NCBI GenBank assembly: GCA_037447605.1
Contig: CM074818.1
Coordinates: 1,190,619 to 1,254,616 of the forward strand
Length of the DNA: 63,998 nt
Source of the DNA: Zygnema circumcarinatum SAG 698-1b
Lineage: Eukaryota; Plantae; Zygnematophyceae
Reading direction: 5' to 3'
Shown: positions 63,001 through 63,998 of the stretch, piece after piece
Layout of the letters: every line of letters starts with the position of its first letter
Numbering within the stretch: the first letter of the stretch is position 1
Position numbers and translations under genes: made by a program
Notes under the pieces: generated by a model
What the model was told of the DNA's origin: nothing
Databases searched by the model: none
The model's input: the letters and a program-made list of their open reading frames with translations, nothing else

Positions 63001-63998
63001 AGCAAAGTACACCTTGATGAACGCAGCTGACGAGGGAACTTTACCTTGGCAGCCAAACGGTTTGAGTCAAGGAGATGAGGCAGCGCAAGGGAGGGCGTTG
63101 GCAGCCGCCACGGATTGGATCAAACTGGGCTTAGCGGGCAACCTGAGGGACTACTCCTTCGTGAACCACGAAGGGAGGCAGGTAACTTCCCGCTTTCATT
63201 AGGGGGAGGGCGATGAAGAGGCTGGAAAGAAAGGGCATGAAGGATGACCCTAAAACCCATTCACCTCAAACCCGTCCAGGGCCAAGTATCTTAACGGATT
63301 TGCCGGATGAATTGTTTCTGTTTAGAACCTGTTGTATGCTTTGGACTGTGTGAACGTCCTCTCTTTCCTTGAAAGGTTTGGGCATTATGCGTCCAGTTTG
63401 TCTGCGGTATTACCTAATGTCCGCTATTCAAAGGCCGGTGTTCGAGGTATTTGATGCTGATCCAGATCTTGATGCATCTCGCGATTCAATGAAGCTTTGG
63501 GTCAAATGTTCATATCGACGAGAAACTTTTGCCAAACCCAATCCGGGCTTTTAACTCTACCAGCATAAGGGAGAACCGCTTGTTACCGGCCCCTTAGATG
63601 AGTTGTTAGCAGTGAACAGACTCATCCTTCACCCCTCCTTTTAGTGGCCTTGCTGAATGCGCATGCCCCGTCAGTGACGCAGGTGAAAGGGAGTGAAGTA
63701 GTGACTCACGATGGAGTGCCGGTCGCTTACGCTGCAAGCCCTGAAGAAGTGGTAAAGGACTGCTCTCCTTGTCGCATGTTCACAGTCTCCTACCACTATC
63801 CTCGACAGTGCTGAGCTAGATCAGAAGGATCAGAAATACAGGGTGAGTTCTAAGGAAGTGATATTGGACTTTCTGCAGGTGAACTACGTTTCTGCCCACG
63901 ACAACGAATCACTTTTTGACACAATAATGCTCAAGGTGAGCCATGAGAGAGTGAGAGAAAGAGAGAGCGCGAGCGAGAGAGAGAGCAGGCATACAAGC
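54036..63998 (+). CDS. PU1: Plastid pullulanase / limit dextrinase (GH13) with an N-terminal CBM41; 3'-partial
   Basis: More than 20 exons: IVLHYHR|[66 protein letters not shown]|[12 protein letters not shown], catalytic DGFRFDLMG (~61434), YGEGWDFGE (~62264) and NYVSAHDN (~63882). The start codon is uncertain (53986, 54036, 54075 or 54129). The last exon seen is 63879-63935. Confidence 0.95.
56816..56879. repeat. Poly-T/poly-G run with a 10-N assembly gap (56848-56857)
   Basis: Directly visible, intronic. Confidence 0.9.

Noticed and set aside
1-63998. rRNA, tRNA, U12-type introns, prokaryotic operons or defence systems
   Set aside because: None recognised by eye; tRNAscan-SE and Infernal would be needed to exclude small ncRNAs.

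Overview
Eukaryotic nuclear DNA from an intron-rich, gene-dense green plant. The gene set (class I LBD, LIL3, BPA1-like, At3g15410-like LRR, limit dextrinase that still carries a CBM41) suggests a streptophyte alga or other early-diverging streptophyte; this is an inference, not a database result. Ten protein-coding genes were reconstructed by hand from splice sites and family motifs: TL20.3-like pentapeptide (-), DTL/CDT2 (+), LBD (-), ANKZF1/Vms1 (+), LRRC40-like (+), BPA1-like RRM (-), LIL3 (-), DnaJ-type zinc finger (+), an intronless alpha/beta hydrolase (-) and a 3'-partial pullulanase (+). Eight of the ten form four head-to-head pairs. Non-coding highlights: two copies of a ~0.5 kb TA-flanked Tc1/mariner-type MITE, each inside a divergent promoter; CGTAC/CGATA and GCCATG arrays confined largely to promoter regions; a decayed Helitron nested in an older inverted-repeat element within an LRR intron; a 199 bp foldback in an ANKZF1 intron; three GC-AG introns; many microsatellites and two 10-N gaps. 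Most ORF-track entries are low-complexity artefacts or single exons.
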